64,000 nt of DNA from a virus (IMGVR_UViG_3300043399_001190); one strand, 5' to 3'; numbered from the stretch's first letter, positions 43,055 through 52,874 are shown. Translations and numbers: made by a program. The notes: generated by a model from the letters alone, not told the origin.

Positions 43055-44766
43055 TATTATTCACCAAAATAAGGTGGAAAAACTTCTTAAGTACCGGTAA
43101 CGCATTCACTGAAATTGATTTAACCCGTTCAACCAATACACTTATTATCGGGCAGAATGGTGCTGGCAAATCAACAATTTTGGATGCATTGACATTTGGT
43201 CTTTTCGGTAAACCTTTCCGTAAAATTAATAAGCCGCAACTTTTGAACTCAATCAATAATGCCAATGCGGTAGTTGAGATTGAGTTTACTATTGGTAAAA
43301 AGAAATACAAAGTTGTTCGTGGTATGAAACCAAACATCTTTGAAATTTATTGTGATAATGTTTTGGTAAATCAAGATGCCAAGGCTAAAGACTATCAAGA
43401 ACATCTTGAGAAGTTTATCATCAAACTGAACTATAAATCTTTTACACAAGTTGTGGTGCTTGGTTCTGCTTCTTTTGTACCTTTCATGCAATTGTCTGCG
43501 GCTGACCGTAGAACGATCATCGAAGAACTTCTGGACATTGGCATCTTCTCGTCAATGAATGTGCTACTTAAAAACAAGCTTTCATCTTTGAAAGACCAAC
43601 AACGAGATAATGATTACAACCAGAAACTGATTATCGAAAAGATCAATCTACAGAAACAGAATATCGAAGAAAATAAAAAGAACCATCTTGTTGAGATTGA
43701 CAAAAAGTTGAAAGAAGTGGCAGACAATGATGCATACGTAAACAAAGTTACCAAAGATATTAAACTGATTCAAAAACATATCGAACAATTAACAAATAAA
43801 ATTGTTGATGAATCTTCGGTGAAAAATAAAAATACCAAGATTTTAACACTACAGTCCAAGTTTGGTGATAGTGTTAGAAAACTTGATAAAGAAATTTCAT
43901 TCTATGAAATGAATGATAATTGCCCAACTTGCCATCAAAACATTACGACAGAAACCAAAGAGAAGAATATCAGCGAGAAGAAATCCAAAATTTCTGAAAT
44001 AAAGGACGCAAAACAAAAATTGGAAATTGAATTGTCCAATGTCGAAACAAGGTTGAATGAAATTGTTAACATACAAAAACACATTTCCGACCACAATTCG
44101 GAAATCGTAAAACTGAATACTCAAGTAACTAGCATCAATAAGTACAATGCAAAAGTTTTGAAGGAGATTGAAGAACTTAAAAATCGTTCAACTTCAGATG
44201 ATGTTGATAACGAAAAACTTGTAGCACTGAATGCTGAATACGGTAGTACCAAATACCTTGCGGAACAATTATCAATTGATAAACAGTATTATGAGTTTGC
44301 TTCTACGTTACTCAAAGATACTGGTATTAAAACAAAGATCATCAAACAATATTTGCCTGTCATGAATAAGTTAATCAACAAATATCTGACAGCGATGGAC
44401 TTTTTTGTAAATTTTAATTTGAATGAAAATTTCGAAGAAACAATTAAGTCTAGGCATCGTGATGAGTTTAGTTATGCTTCTTTTTCTGAGGGTGAAAAAA
44501 TGCGAATTGATTTGGCACTATTGTTTACATGGCGTCAAGTTGCTAAGATGAAGAATTCGGTGAATACCAATTTGCTGATTCTCGATGAGGTTTTTGATTC
44601 TTCTTTGGATGGTGTTGGCACTGAAGAGTTCTTGAAATTGTTGAATAGTTTGGATACAAAAACAAATGTGTTTGTTATTTCACACAAAGGCGATCAGCTA
44701 TTTGATAAATTCAGAACTATCATCAGGTTTACTAAAAAAAATAATTTTAGCCAAATTGAAAAATAA
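43051..44766 (+). CDS. gp46: Recombination ATPase subunit (Rad50/SbcC-like)
   Basis: GQNGAGKS, CPTC zinc hook, SEGEK.RIDLA, LDEVFD, ISH. Confidence 0.97.
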   Translation: MILFTKIRWKNFLSTGNAFTEIDLTRSTNTLIIGQNGAGKSTILDALTFGLFGKPFRKINKPQLLNSINNANAVVEIEFTIGKKKYKVVRGMKPNIFEIYCDNVLVNQDAKAKDYQEHLEKFIIKLNYKSFTQVVVLGSASFVPFMQLSAADRRTIIEELLDIGIFSSMNVLLKNKLSSLKDQQRDNDYNQKLIIEKINLQKQNIEENKKNHLVEIDKKLKEVADNDAYVNKVTKDIKLIQKHIEQLTNKIVDESSVKNKNTKILTLQSKFGDSVRKLDKEISFYEMNDNCPTCHQNITTETKEKNISEKKSKISEIKDAKQKLEIELSNVETRLNEIVNIQKHISDHNSEIVKLNTQVTSINKYNAKVLKEIEELKNRSTSDDVDNEKLVALNAEYGSTKYLAEQLSIDKQYYEFASTLLKDTGIKTKIIKQYLPVMNKLINKYLTAMDFFVNFNLNENFEETIKSRHRDEFSYASFSEGEKMRIDLALLFTWRQVAKMKNSVNTNLLILDEVFDSSLDGVGTEEFLKLLNSLDTKTNVFVISHKGDQLFDKFRTIIRFTKKNNFSQIEK

Positions 44767-44784
44767 GTTGTAATTTGTTATTTT

Positions 44785-44792
44785 TATAAATA
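44785..44792 (+). promoter_or_regulatory. T4 late promoter TATAAATA
   Basis: Exact consensus upstream of the endonuclease ORF. Confidence 0.65.
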
Positions 44793-44815
44793 CTAAAAAC
44801 AACTTAAGGAATAAT

Positions 44816-45283
44816 ATGGCAAGAAAAAGAAAATATTCAGATTTACCCGAAAGGTCTGATCCTAATTACATGAAAATGTATGCAGAAAAAAATAAAGAAA
44901 TATTGTGTGAACGTGGTAAACTATACAGAAAAGAACGACTAAAAAATAATCCAGATCATTATAAAGAACAATATAATAAGTATATTGAGACACATAAAAA
45001 ATATCGAAAAGAAAATAAAGAAATTTTAGCAGAAAATCAATGGAAATCTCGCGGTATAGTTAATATGACTTATGTGTTATTTCTTGAAGAATTGAAAAAA
45101 CAAAATGGTAAATGTAAAATATGTGATAAAACCATGAATAGTCCCCAAGTAGACCATGACCATAATACTGGCAAATATCGTGGTTTATTGTGTGTACCTT
45201 GCAACAACGGTTTAGGTGTTTTCGAAAAGAAAAAATACCTATTTGAAAAATATTTAAATGAGAGTGTAACGAATGACAGATAA
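44816..45283 (+). CDS. Endonuclease-VII-family HNH endonuclease, probably free-standing homing type
   Basis: Q.G.C.IC...VDHDH.TG..RGLLC..CN.GLG motif. Confidence 0.85.
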   Translation: MARKRKYSDLPERSDPNYMKMYAEKNKEILCERGKLYRKERLKNNPDHYKEQYNKYIETHKKYRKENKEILAENQWKSRGIVNMTYVLFLEELKKQNGKCKICDKTMNSPQVDHDHNTGKYRGLLCVPCNNGLGVFEKKKYLFEKYLNESVTNDR

Positions 45284-45905
45284 TGATATTATTAAAATTG
45301 ATACAAATCCATATAAAGATGAACCTTTAAAGATTGTAGTTGAAACTTTTGCTTTGGTACCGGAAACACATCCTGCATTGAAGAAAGTTTTACCAATTTT
45401 CGACTTTACAAATCCTCCAGTTGATCCAAATAAATTTGCCAGTTCTTTGGTTGAAACATGCAAAAAATATAATGGATTAGGATTATCCGCCAATCAATGT
45501 GGTTATGAACATCGGGTATTTGTTATGGGTTCAGGCGAAAACTTCGTTGCTTTTTTTAATCCTGAAATTATTTGGAAATCTGAAGAAACAATTAAAATGG
45601 AAGAAGGATGCCTTTCTTTTATGGATTTGTTTATCAGCATTGATCGACCAATCAGTATCAAGGTAAAATACCAAGATTTTACTGGAGAGACAAAAGAAGC
45701 CATGTTTGCCGGATTAACTGCTCGTTGTTTTCAACATGAGCTTGACCACATGAATGGTTTAGTGTATACTCATCTTGCAAAGCCGCTGGCATTACAAATG
45801 GCAACTAAGAAACGCAAAAAGTTGTCAAATAAACGTCAGAAACTGAAAAAACAACTTGTGAATAAAGCGAAACATGTCTCAAAACAATTGGCCGGAATAC
45901 GTTAA
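45273..45905 (+). CDS. def: Peptide deformylase
   Basis: GLGLSANQ, EGCLS, HELDH motifs. Confidence 0.96.
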   Translation: MTDNDIIKIDTNPYKDEPLKIVVETFALVPETHPALKKVLPIFDFTNPPVDPNKFASSLVETCKKYNGLGLSANQCGYEHRVFVMGSGENFVAFFNPEIIWKSEETIKMEEGCLSFMDLFISIDRPISIKVKYQDFTGETKEAMFAGLTARCFQHELDHMNGLVYTHLAKPLALQMATKKRKKLSNKRQKLKKQLVNKAKHVSKQLAGIR

Positions 45906-47196
45906 TAAACACTGGAATAAATGGAGAGAAGAGAATCCTCCAGTAAAAACCATTGATGAAACTGAACTCAAGAAAACTCTCACTGAAGATTTGACATATG
46001 CATCTCAAATGGATGTAAAAGAATATACACTTTACCAAAAATGGTGTGAGATTCAGGAAAAATATCCAACAAAAGAAGATGGGTTTTTTGGTGGAAAAAT
46101 TCTTGAAAATTCCGAACAAGAACTGTTAATTAATAATGTTAAATCAAATATCTGGATACCAGAAACACCAGATGACTTTAACAATTTACAACCAACTATG
46201 ATTTTTACTGATGATTCATCGGAAATTGAACGTGTGTTGATTGATGGTTCCACAACTAAAGAAAAAACTAAACGCTCGGATTTGCCTGAAAAGTGGAATA
46301 CTATTCGCACCTTTATTTCCACGATGAAAAATAATTCTAACATTGGTCGCAATTTGAATTTTATTGTTGCTGATAAAATTACTGGCAAATATCTTGGTGT
46401 CATTTGTATTTCTTCAGATTTTCTAGACCTAACACCTCGGGATAAGGTAATTGGTTGGGAACGCGAGAAAAAAACGCAAGGTGGTATGATTAATCACACC
46501 GCTATTGGCTCTTCGATTGTGCCTCTACAACCACTTGGTTACAATTACATGGGCGGTAAATTGCTTGCTTTGTTTTGTTTGTCTGACACTGTTCAAAAAT
46601 TATGGAAGGAAAAATATGGAGACACTCTTGTCGGCGTTACTACCACTTCTCTATATGGTAACACTAAGTCCGGTGGTTTATCACAGTATGATGGTTTGGA
46701 ATACTGGAACAAAATGGGCTTTTCTAGTGGATCTGTTGCGTTTGAGCCGAGAAAATCTACGTTAAATATGATCTGGACCTGGCTCAAAGAAAATCATCCA
46801 GAAAAATACTTTGAATGGTGGGAAGCCAAAAAAGAAAACGGGTTACCCTTTAAACGCGACCATAAAAATCGTTCATTGCACTTTGCATATCCAAAGTTGG
46901 GTATTCCTAAAAATCTGACACGCACGGAACATCAACGAGGAATCTACTTTTCTCCATTGTATAATAACACATATGAATTCCTACGTGGAGAAATTACAGA
47001 TACTGATTTAATTAAATCGTTTGATACCAGTGAAGAAGCTCTTTCGAATATCTGGAAAACTAAGTATGCAAAAGGTAGAATTCGTCAACTTCAGAAAAAG
47101 AACAATGTTTCCTATGAAACACTTTTCTACGATGATCTTATCTACCTTTCTTGGGAAGAAACCAAAAAGAAATACCTAACACAGGTAGGACGGTAA
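45874..47196 (+). CDS. DUF4338/DruA-like protein
   Basis: IGR.L.F.V, GGKLLA, Y...L..V.TTSLYG, SQY, G.S.G pattern. Confidence 0.65.
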   Translation: MSQNNWPEYVNKHWNKWREENPPVKTIDETELKKTLTEDLTYASQMDVKEYTLYQKWCEIQEKYPTKEDGFFGGKILENSEQELLINNVKSNIWIPETPDDFNNLQPTMIFTDDSSEIERVLIDGSTTKEKTKRSDLPEKWNTIRTFISTMKNNSNIGRNLNFIVADKITGKYLGVICISSDFLDLTPRDKVIGWEREKKTQGGMINHTAIGSSIVPLQPLGYNYMGGKLLALFCLSDTVQKLWKEKYGDTLVGVTTTSLYGNTKSGGLSQYDGLEYWNKMGFSSGSVAFEPRKSTLNMIWTWLKENHPEKYFEWWEAKKENGLPFKRDHKNRSLHFAYPKLGIPKNLTRTEHQRGIYFSPLYNNTYEFLRGEITDTDLIKSFDTSEEALSNIWKTKYAKGRIRQLQKKNNVSYETLFYDDLIYLSWEETKKKYLTQVGR

Positions 47197-47221
47197 ACTT
47201 GCAAGTTTACCAAAAAATGTG

Positions 47222-47250
47222 TTGACAAATACACTACATAAGTGTAGAAT
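47222..47250 (+). promoter_or_regulatory. sigma70-type promoter with upstream 18-bp palindrome
   Basis: TTGACA-17-TAGAAT; GTAAACTTGCAAGTTTAC at 47193-47210. Confidence 0.8.
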
Positions 47251-47303
47251 TGAAAAATCGCAAAACGCGATGTGTTTTTTAACTTTATTATTAGGAGTTT
47301 ATT

Positions 47304-47576
47304 ATGAAGAAAGTTTCCGCCAAACAACGTATGCTTAACGCTTTGACCAAATCTGTTGGTTACAACACCTTTAGTGTTGCTCAAGCACGTAGCCGTTTTG
47401 GTATCACGAATGTTGCAGCACGTATTGCTGAACTTCGCCAAGAAGGATATGCAATTTACACCAACTTGAAGACTCGCGGTGACGGTAGCAAAGTTGCTGT
47501 TTATCGCCTTGGCACTCCTTCGAAATCTTTCAAAGCACAATGCCGTTCTAACGGTGTTCGCCCACAAACCGTTTAA
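47304..47576 (+). CDS. Winged-helix DNA-binding protein
   Basis: Basic protein; A..RFGI.N..ARI.ELR..G..I...Y.L pattern; has its own promoter and terminator. Confidence 0.65.
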   Translation: MKKVSAKQRMLNALTKSVGYNTFSVAQARSRFGITNVAARIAELRQEGYAIYTNLKTRGDGSKVAVYRLGTPSKSFKAQCRSNGVRPQTV

Positions 47577-47589
47577 TTGTGGCATGAAT

Positions 47590-47628
47590 AAGGAGAGAGC
47601 CATTCTTTAATGGCCTCTCCTTTTTTTT
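47590..47628 (+). terminator. Intrinsic terminator
   Basis: AGGAGAG(A)GCCATT-CTTT-AATGGCCTCTCCT followed by a T-tract. Confidence 0.85.
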
Positions 47629-47643
47629 ATTTTTGGAGTACAA

Positions 47644-48462
47644 ATGGAAATTCAAATTAAAGTAGACGAATTAAAAAAGAAAAGTCTTTTTGTTGCAACA
47701 CCTATGTACGGTGGAATGAATCATGGATTGTACATGAAGGCTTGTCTTGATCTACAAGGCCTCTGTATTCAATATGGTGTCAATGTTAAATTTTCATTTT
47801 TGTTCAATGAATCTTTGATAACCCGCGCTAGGAATTATTTGGTTGATGAATTCTTGCACCGTTCTGATGCAACACACATGCTTTTCATCGATTCGGATAT
47901 CAATTTTAATCCTCAAGATGTTATCGCAATGTTAGCTTTGGATAAAGATGTAATTGGTGGTCCATACCCTAAAAAATCCATCAAATGGAAAAATGTTAAA
48001 AAAGCCGCATTGATGCATCCAGATATTGAACCCCATCTACTAGAGAAAGTTACAGGTGATTATGTGTTCAATCCTGTTAAAGGAACAGCACAATTTTCGG
48101 TGTCTGAACCTCTAGAAGTTATGGAAATCGGAACAGGTTTCATGATGATTAAACGTGAAGTCTTTCCTAAGATGGAAGAAGCTTATCCACAGCTTCGCTA
48201 TCGTCCAGATCATGTTGGTCAGGCTCATTTTGACGGTTCTCGTTATATTCATGCCTTCTTTGATACTATTATCGACACGAAAGAATCTGCAACAGGTGGT
48301 GGTTCTGATCGATACTTGAGCGAAGATTATATGTTTTGTCAATTGTGGCGTAAACAAGGTGGACAAATTTGGTTGTGCCCTTGGATGCGTACACAGCACA
48401 TCGGAACTTATCATTTCCAAGGCGACATGCCTGCTGTAGCAAATTACGTTGGAGAAATGTAA
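47644..48462 (+). CDS. GT-A fold glycosyltransferase-like protein (paralogue of 17752)
   Basis: VATP, NESLITRARN, FIDSD, GTGFM, LSEDY.FC, HIG. Confidence 0.7.
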   Translation: MEIQIKVDELKKKSLFVATPMYGGMNHGLYMKACLDLQGLCIQYGVNVKFSFLFNESLITRARNYLVDEFLHRSDATHMLFIDSDINFNPQDVIAMLALDKDVIGGPYPKKSIKWKNVKKAALMHPDIEPHLLEKVTGDYVFNPVKGTAQFSVSEPLEVMEIGTGFMMIKREVFPKMEEAYPQLRYRPDHVGQAHFDGSRYIHAFFDTIIDTKESATGGGSDRYLSEDYMFCQLWRKQGGQIWLCPWMRTQHIGTYHFQGDMPAVANYVGEM

Positions 48463-49124
48463 TGATCGTTGGTTTACTTGGATTTATTGGTTCAGGTAAA
48501 GGTACCGCAGGTGATATTCTTAAAGATATGGGTTTTACCCCTATCAGCTTTGCGAAAGGCGTTAAAGATATCACCGCAGAAATGTTCGGCTGGCCTCGTC
48601 ATTTGCTTGAAGGTGATACACAACATTCAAGAGAATGGAGAGAAAAGCCGGACAATTTTTGGTCTTATGAATTCGGTAAAGAGTTTACTCCACGTTTAGC
48701 ATTGCAATTGATGGGCACAGAAGTTGGTCGTGGAATTTTTCATGAAGACTTCTGGGTAATCAAGATGAAAAATTATATTGACAATGCACCAGAACAAAAT
48801 TATGTTATCACGGATGTTAGATTTAGAAATGAAATTGATTTCATCAATCGTCATGGTGGCACACTAATTGAAATACGTAGAGGTATTACACCACATTGGT
48901 ATGATATTGCAGCGAAAGCGAACCGAGGAGACTATAAAGCCGAATCTTTCATGAAAGATTCCGTTAACGTACACGAATCCGAATGGAGATGGGTCGGCGC
49001 GGATATTGACCACACCATAGACAATGATGGAAGTCTGGAAGAATTGAAAAATAAAATCACAAATTGCTTGAAACTTTCTTTTGGAGATGATACAATTCGT
49101 GAATCTATTGAAGGAGTATTGTAA
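48462..49124 (+). CDS. gp1: dNMP kinase
   Basis: TAATG-coupled start; GFIGSGKGT, PR..LQ..GTE..R, ITDVRF.NE, H.SE. Confidence 0.92.
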   Translation: MIVGLLGFIGSGKGTAGDILKDMGFTPISFAKGVKDITAEMFGWPRHLLEGDTQHSREWREKPDNFWSYEFGKEFTPRLALQLMGTEVGRGIFHEDFWVIKMKNYIDNAPEQNYVITDVRFRNEIDFINRHGGTLIEIRRGITPHWYDIAAKANRGDYKAESFMKDSVNVHESEWRWVGADIDHTIDNDGSLEELKNKITNCLKLSFGDDTIRESIEGVL

Positions 49125-49801
49125 TGAAACTATCTAGCGACACAATCAACATTTTGAAAAACTTTTCTGTTATCAATGAAGGCATCTACATCAAAAAAGG
49201 TTCTGTAATTGAAACGATTTCTAAACAGAAAAATATTCTCGCCCGAGCAGAATTGTCTGATACATTTGAAGATGAGTTTGGGATCTATGATATCAATAAC
49301 TTTTTGGGTGTTGTAACTTTTAACGGAGAACCCAATCTAGAGTTCGAAGATAAAGATATCATCATTAAAGGTTTTTCTGGTAAGAGCAAAACTCAATACC
49401 GCAAAACACCAAAAAATATGATTATCGTTCCACCCGATAAAAAGATCAACATGGAAAATGCTGAAATTCATTTCAACTTGACAGCGGAAGAAATCAAGTG
49501 GTTTACTCGTTGTGCTAGTACATTGAGTTCGCCAAATATTGCTTTCAAGTCTGATGGTGAAACAATTGAAGTCAGAAGCTATGACACCAAAAATGATGGT
49601 GCAAATATCAATTCTACTGAAATTGAAAGCAAAGGTAATGGCAAAAAATACAACATGATTTTCTCAACTGAGAATATCAAATTGATCGAAGGGTCTTATG
49701 ACGTTACCATTTCTTCTAAAGGTATCAGTCATTTCAAGAACACTTCTTTGCCGATTGAATATTGGATTATGTCTGAAACTGGATCAAAATACGAAGGTTA
49801 A
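49124..49801 (+). CDS. gp45: Sliding clamp
   Basis: MKLS..T..ILKNFS.IN, F..EFGIYD...FL, Y.V.IS. Confidence 0.93.
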   Translation: MKLSSDTINILKNFSVINEGIYIKKGSVIETISKQKNILARAELSDTFEDEFGIYDINNFLGVVTFNGEPNLEFEDKDIIIKGFSGKSKTQYRKTPKNMIIVPPDKKINMENAEIHFNLTAEEIKWFTRCASTLSSPNIAFKSDGETIEVRSYDTKNDGANINSTEIESKGNGKKYNMIFSTENIKLIEGSYDVTISSKGISHFKNTSLPIEYWIMSETGSKYEG

Positions 49802-49802
49802 T

Positions 49803-50078
49803 ATGACAACAGTAACTACACTTTATGGTACTTTTACCGAAGAAGATTTGAAGTCTATCAAAGATTCTTTGAATGAAATCTCTAATGAATTGACAATTAT
49901 TGAATCTCATAAACAGGCCATCAAAGACATTAAAGATGCCATGTTTGATGCACATAAAATTCCCAAAAAAGTTTTGAATAGGATGGTAAAAACACACTAT
50001 AAACAATCCTTTCAACAGGAAATTGCTGAAGATAATGAGTTCGAAGCATTGTATGTCGGACTAACTGAAACAAAATGA
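49803..50078 (+). CDS. T4 DsbA-like dsDNA-binding protein
   Basis: IKDI........I..K..NR.....YK.....E..E..E...LY resembles the T4 DsbA pattern. Confidence 0.6.
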   Translation: MTTVTTLYGTFTEEDLKSIKDSLNEISNELTIIESHKQAIKDIKDAMFDAHKIPKKVLNRMVKTHYKQSFQQEIAEDNEFEALYVGLTETK

Positions 50079-50413
50079 GCGATAAGTTACGTAGAAATTT
50101 TGTAAAAGGCCTGGGTTTATCAGGCCTTTTTTTGGCTGGCGTTGCGGGTTACAAAGAAGTTAAGGAACGTATTGTTTATAAACAAGACGAACTTCCAACA
50201 GAAGAATTGGAAAAACAGCTTGAAGGTAAACCTGTCTTACAGTTGCAAGCCACATACGGAACACCTAAACCTCGAAACCCCAATTCACTTTATTTTATTG
50301 GATTTGGAGAAGAATATGTTGAAGGAACAAGAAAAGATGTGAAAGTGAACATTGTACCTGGACCTGATGGTAAACTTTACGTCAAAGAGAATGACAAATG
50401 GCGTAAAATCTGA
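50075..50413 (+). CDS. Hypothetical protein with twin-arginine-like N-terminal signal
   Basis: LRRNFVK followed by hydrophobic GLGLSGLFLAGVAG. Confidence 0.6.
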   Translation: MSDKLRRNFVKGLGLSGLFLAGVAGYKEVKERIVYKQDELPTEELEKQLEGKPVLQLQATYGTPKPRNPNSLYFIGFGEEYVEGTRKDVKVNIVPGPDGKLYVKENDKWRKI

Positions 50414-50445
50414 TATACTTGTGTTTTATATTATGGAGAAATTGA

Positions 50446-51396
50446 ATGGACTTGGATCACCTTCTTTGGGTCGAAAAATATCGCCCGCACACTATTGAAG
50501 ATTGTATTCTTCCCGACACCCTTAAAACTACATTTCAGGAATATGTTAACAGAAAAGAAATCCCAAATTTGCTTCTTGTTGGATCCGCAGGCGTTGGAAA
50601 AACAACAATTGCAAAAGCACTCTGCGAAGAAGTCGGCTGCGACTACATCGTTATCAACGGATCGGACGAAGGCCGCCTTATTGAGACCTTCCGAGTCAAA
50701 ATCAAAAATTATGCATCGTCAATGAGTCTTTCTGGTGGCCGAAAGGTCATCATTATTGATGAGGCAGATTATACGAATGCTGAGTCTGTTCAGCCAGCTT
50801 TGCGTAATTTCATGGAAGAATTTTCGATCAATTGTTCGTTTATTCTGACCTGCAATTACAAAAATAAGATTATTGCTCCTCTACATTCTCGTTGTTCCGT
50901 TGTTGAATTTAAAATTCAGAATGGCCAAAAGGCTAAAATGGCCACACAATTCTTCAAACGTGTGGAATGGATTCTTTCTCAGGAAAAAATTTCATATGAA
51001 AAAGAAGTCGTAGCCGCAGTTATCACGAAACATTTTCCTGATAACCGAAGAATTCTGAATGAGTTGCAACGTTATGCTTCGAATGATGCACGTACCATTG
51101 ACAAAGGTATTTTGGCTTCTGTTACGGATGTCAATATCAATAATCTTGTTAAATTCATTTCTGAAAAAGATTTTCAAGGTGCAAGAAAGTGGGTAACTAA
51201 TAATGTGCATAGTGATGCACAATCAATTATTCGTTCCATTTATGATGGTCTGTATGATTTCCTAAAGCCTGATAGTATCCCGCAGGCTGTACTGATTCTA
51301 TCAAAATATCAATATCAATCGGCTTTTGTTGCAGATCAAGAAATTAATTTGATGGCTTGTGTCACTGAATTTATGATTGAATGTGAGTTCAAATAA
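50446..51396 (+). CDS. gp44: Clamp loader large subunit
   Basis: WVEKYRP, GSAGVGKTT, IIDEAD, SRC. Confidence 0.97.
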   Translation: MDLDHLLWVEKYRPHTIEDCILPDTLKTTFQEYVNRKEIPNLLLVGSAGVGKTTIAKALCEEVGCDYIVINGSDEGRLIETFRVKIKNYASSMSLSGGRKVIIIDEADYTNAESVQPALRNFMEEFSINCSFILTCNYKNKIIAPLHSRCSVVEFKIQNGQKAKMATQFFKRVEWILSQEKISYEKEVVAAVITKHFPDNRRILNELQRYASNDARTIDKGILASVTDVNINNLVKFISEKDFQGARKWVTNNVHSDAQSIIRSIYDGLYDFLKPDSIPQAVLILSKYQYQSAFVADQEINLMACVTEFMIECEFK

Positions 51397-51998
51397 TGAA
51401 AAGTTTTGAATTGATGAATTTAAATTGGGTGACATTCGAAGAAGTTCTTAATTACACTAAGAACATAACAACAATGGTGTATTCATTTGCATGGTGTGAT
51501 AGTAAACCAAATAACACAACATGGCCTTTCATGTTAAAGGAAACTTTCTACATTGGAATGTCTGGAGGTTTAAATTCTGATTTTACTGGAGATAAAAAGA
51601 ATCCTAAAAAAAGTAAAGTTAGATACACAACCGCACCACATCAGAGAATGAAAACACACAGTAGAATGTTTAAGAATCCATATTCAAATTTTGGTTCTGA
51701 AAAAAGGAAATATGAGATTTATCACGAATGTTTTGATGTATTCTCAACTTATGGTAAAATACTATGTGTTGCGCTTTTGACACCGAAAGACCATGTAAAA
51801 AATAACGTCAAAAGAAACGTGATTTCGATGATAGAATCTGAACAGATTTATGAATATTCTAACCTATTTAATGACCCACCCTTGTTGAATTTAGCAGAAT
51901 CTGACAATGTTAGTGATTTGTTGAAAATTGAAAACTCACATTCACAGCAAGCGATTCGTAAAATTAAAGAACAAGATTTAACAAGATTCATGTCTTAA
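51396..51998 (+). CDS. Inserted ORF, possible GIY-YIG-like endonuclease
   Basis: VYSF...FYIGMS...QRMKTH arrangement; splits the gp44-gp62 pair. Confidence 0.45.
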   Translation: MKSFELMNLNWVTFEEVLNYTKNITTMVYSFAWCDSKPNNTTWPFMLKETFYIGMSGGLNSDFTGDKKNPKKSKVRYTTAPHQRMKTHSRMFKNPYSNFGSEKRKYEIYHECFDVFSTYGKILCVALLTPKDHVKNNVKRNVISMIESEQIYEYSNLFNDPPLLNLAESDNVSDLLKIENSHSQQAIRKIKEQDLTRFMS

Positions 51999-51999
51999 A

Positions 52000-52380
52000 A
52001 TGGCTGACCTATTTAAAGAAATTATTCCAAGCATCTTACAAACCAAAAAAGATGTGCTGGACAATGAAAAGGATTATAAACCATATCTGGTAAATCGTTC
52101 ACTGTCATATCATATTGATTGCATTTTATATGCAAATCAAATGAACATGAATCACCATATTGATGAAAAACTACAATACCAGTTTTTTCTAAATACTATA
52201 CGGCCGATGAAACGGAAATTCCAACCGTGGCAGAAAGCATCGGTTTCAAAGGATATCGACTGCGTAAAAGAATATTTTGGTTATTCGAATGATGTTGCCA
52301 AAGAAGCTTTGCGATTGTTGACGGTTGAACAAATCACTTTGATAAAAGAACAATTAGAAAAAGGTGGAGTGAAAAAATAA
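52000..52380 (+). CDS. gp62: Clamp loader small subunit
   Basis: Y.P...NR.LS...D, AN.MN, ..VKEY.GYS...A. Confidence 0.93.
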   Translation: MADLFKEIIPSILQTKKDVLDNEKDYKPYLVNRSLSYHIDCILYANQMNMNHHIDEKLQYQFFLNTIRPMKRKFQPWQKASVSKDIDCVKEYFGYSNDVAKEALRLLTVEQITLIKEQLEKGGVKK

Positions 52381-52787
52381 TGGTAAAAATAGAAGATATG
52401 GTGGAAGTGACTTTAGAGGAAAAAGACGACTTTTTAAAAGTTCGTGAAACTTTAACTCGTATTGGTGTCGCTTCAAAAAAAGAAAAAATACTTTACCAAT
52501 CTTGTCATATTCTTCACAAGCAAGGTAAATATTATATTGTACATTTTAAAGAATTATTTTCTTTGGACGGTAAACCTACCGACATTACTGAAAATGATAT
52601 CGCTCGGAGAAATACTGTAGCAAACTTACTATCTGATTGGGAATTAATTAAGATTGTAAATCCAACAAAAACGGAAGATCCTATTGTTTCTTTATCACAA
52701 GTGAAGATTATATCCCACAAAGAGAAAAACGAGTGGCAATTAATACCGAAATATAATATCGGAAAAAAACCACAGACGAATAAATAA
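52380..52787 (+). CDS. regA: Translational repressor RegA
   Basis: DDFLKVRETLTRIG, LYQSCHILHK.G.Y.IVHFKE...LDG. Confidence 0.97.
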   Translation: MVKIEDMVEVTLEEKDDFLKVRETLTRIGVASKKEKILYQSCHILHKQGKYYIVHFKELFSLDGKPTDITENDIARRNTVANLLSDWELIKIVNPTKTEDPIVSLSQVKIISHKEKNEWQLIPKYNIGKKPQTNK

Positions 52788-52874
52788 TTATATCCCTCGG
52801 GATGGGAACAAGGAGAAGGCAACCTTGTAAAAAACCTTCACCGCTTATGCCTTTTGGGTAAGCACTATTATTAA

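Noticed and set aside
48369-48461. Upstream extension of the gp1 ORF in the ORF track
   Set aside because: It overlaps the previous gene; the ATG at 48462, coupled by TAATG, gives the usual dNMP kinase N-terminus.
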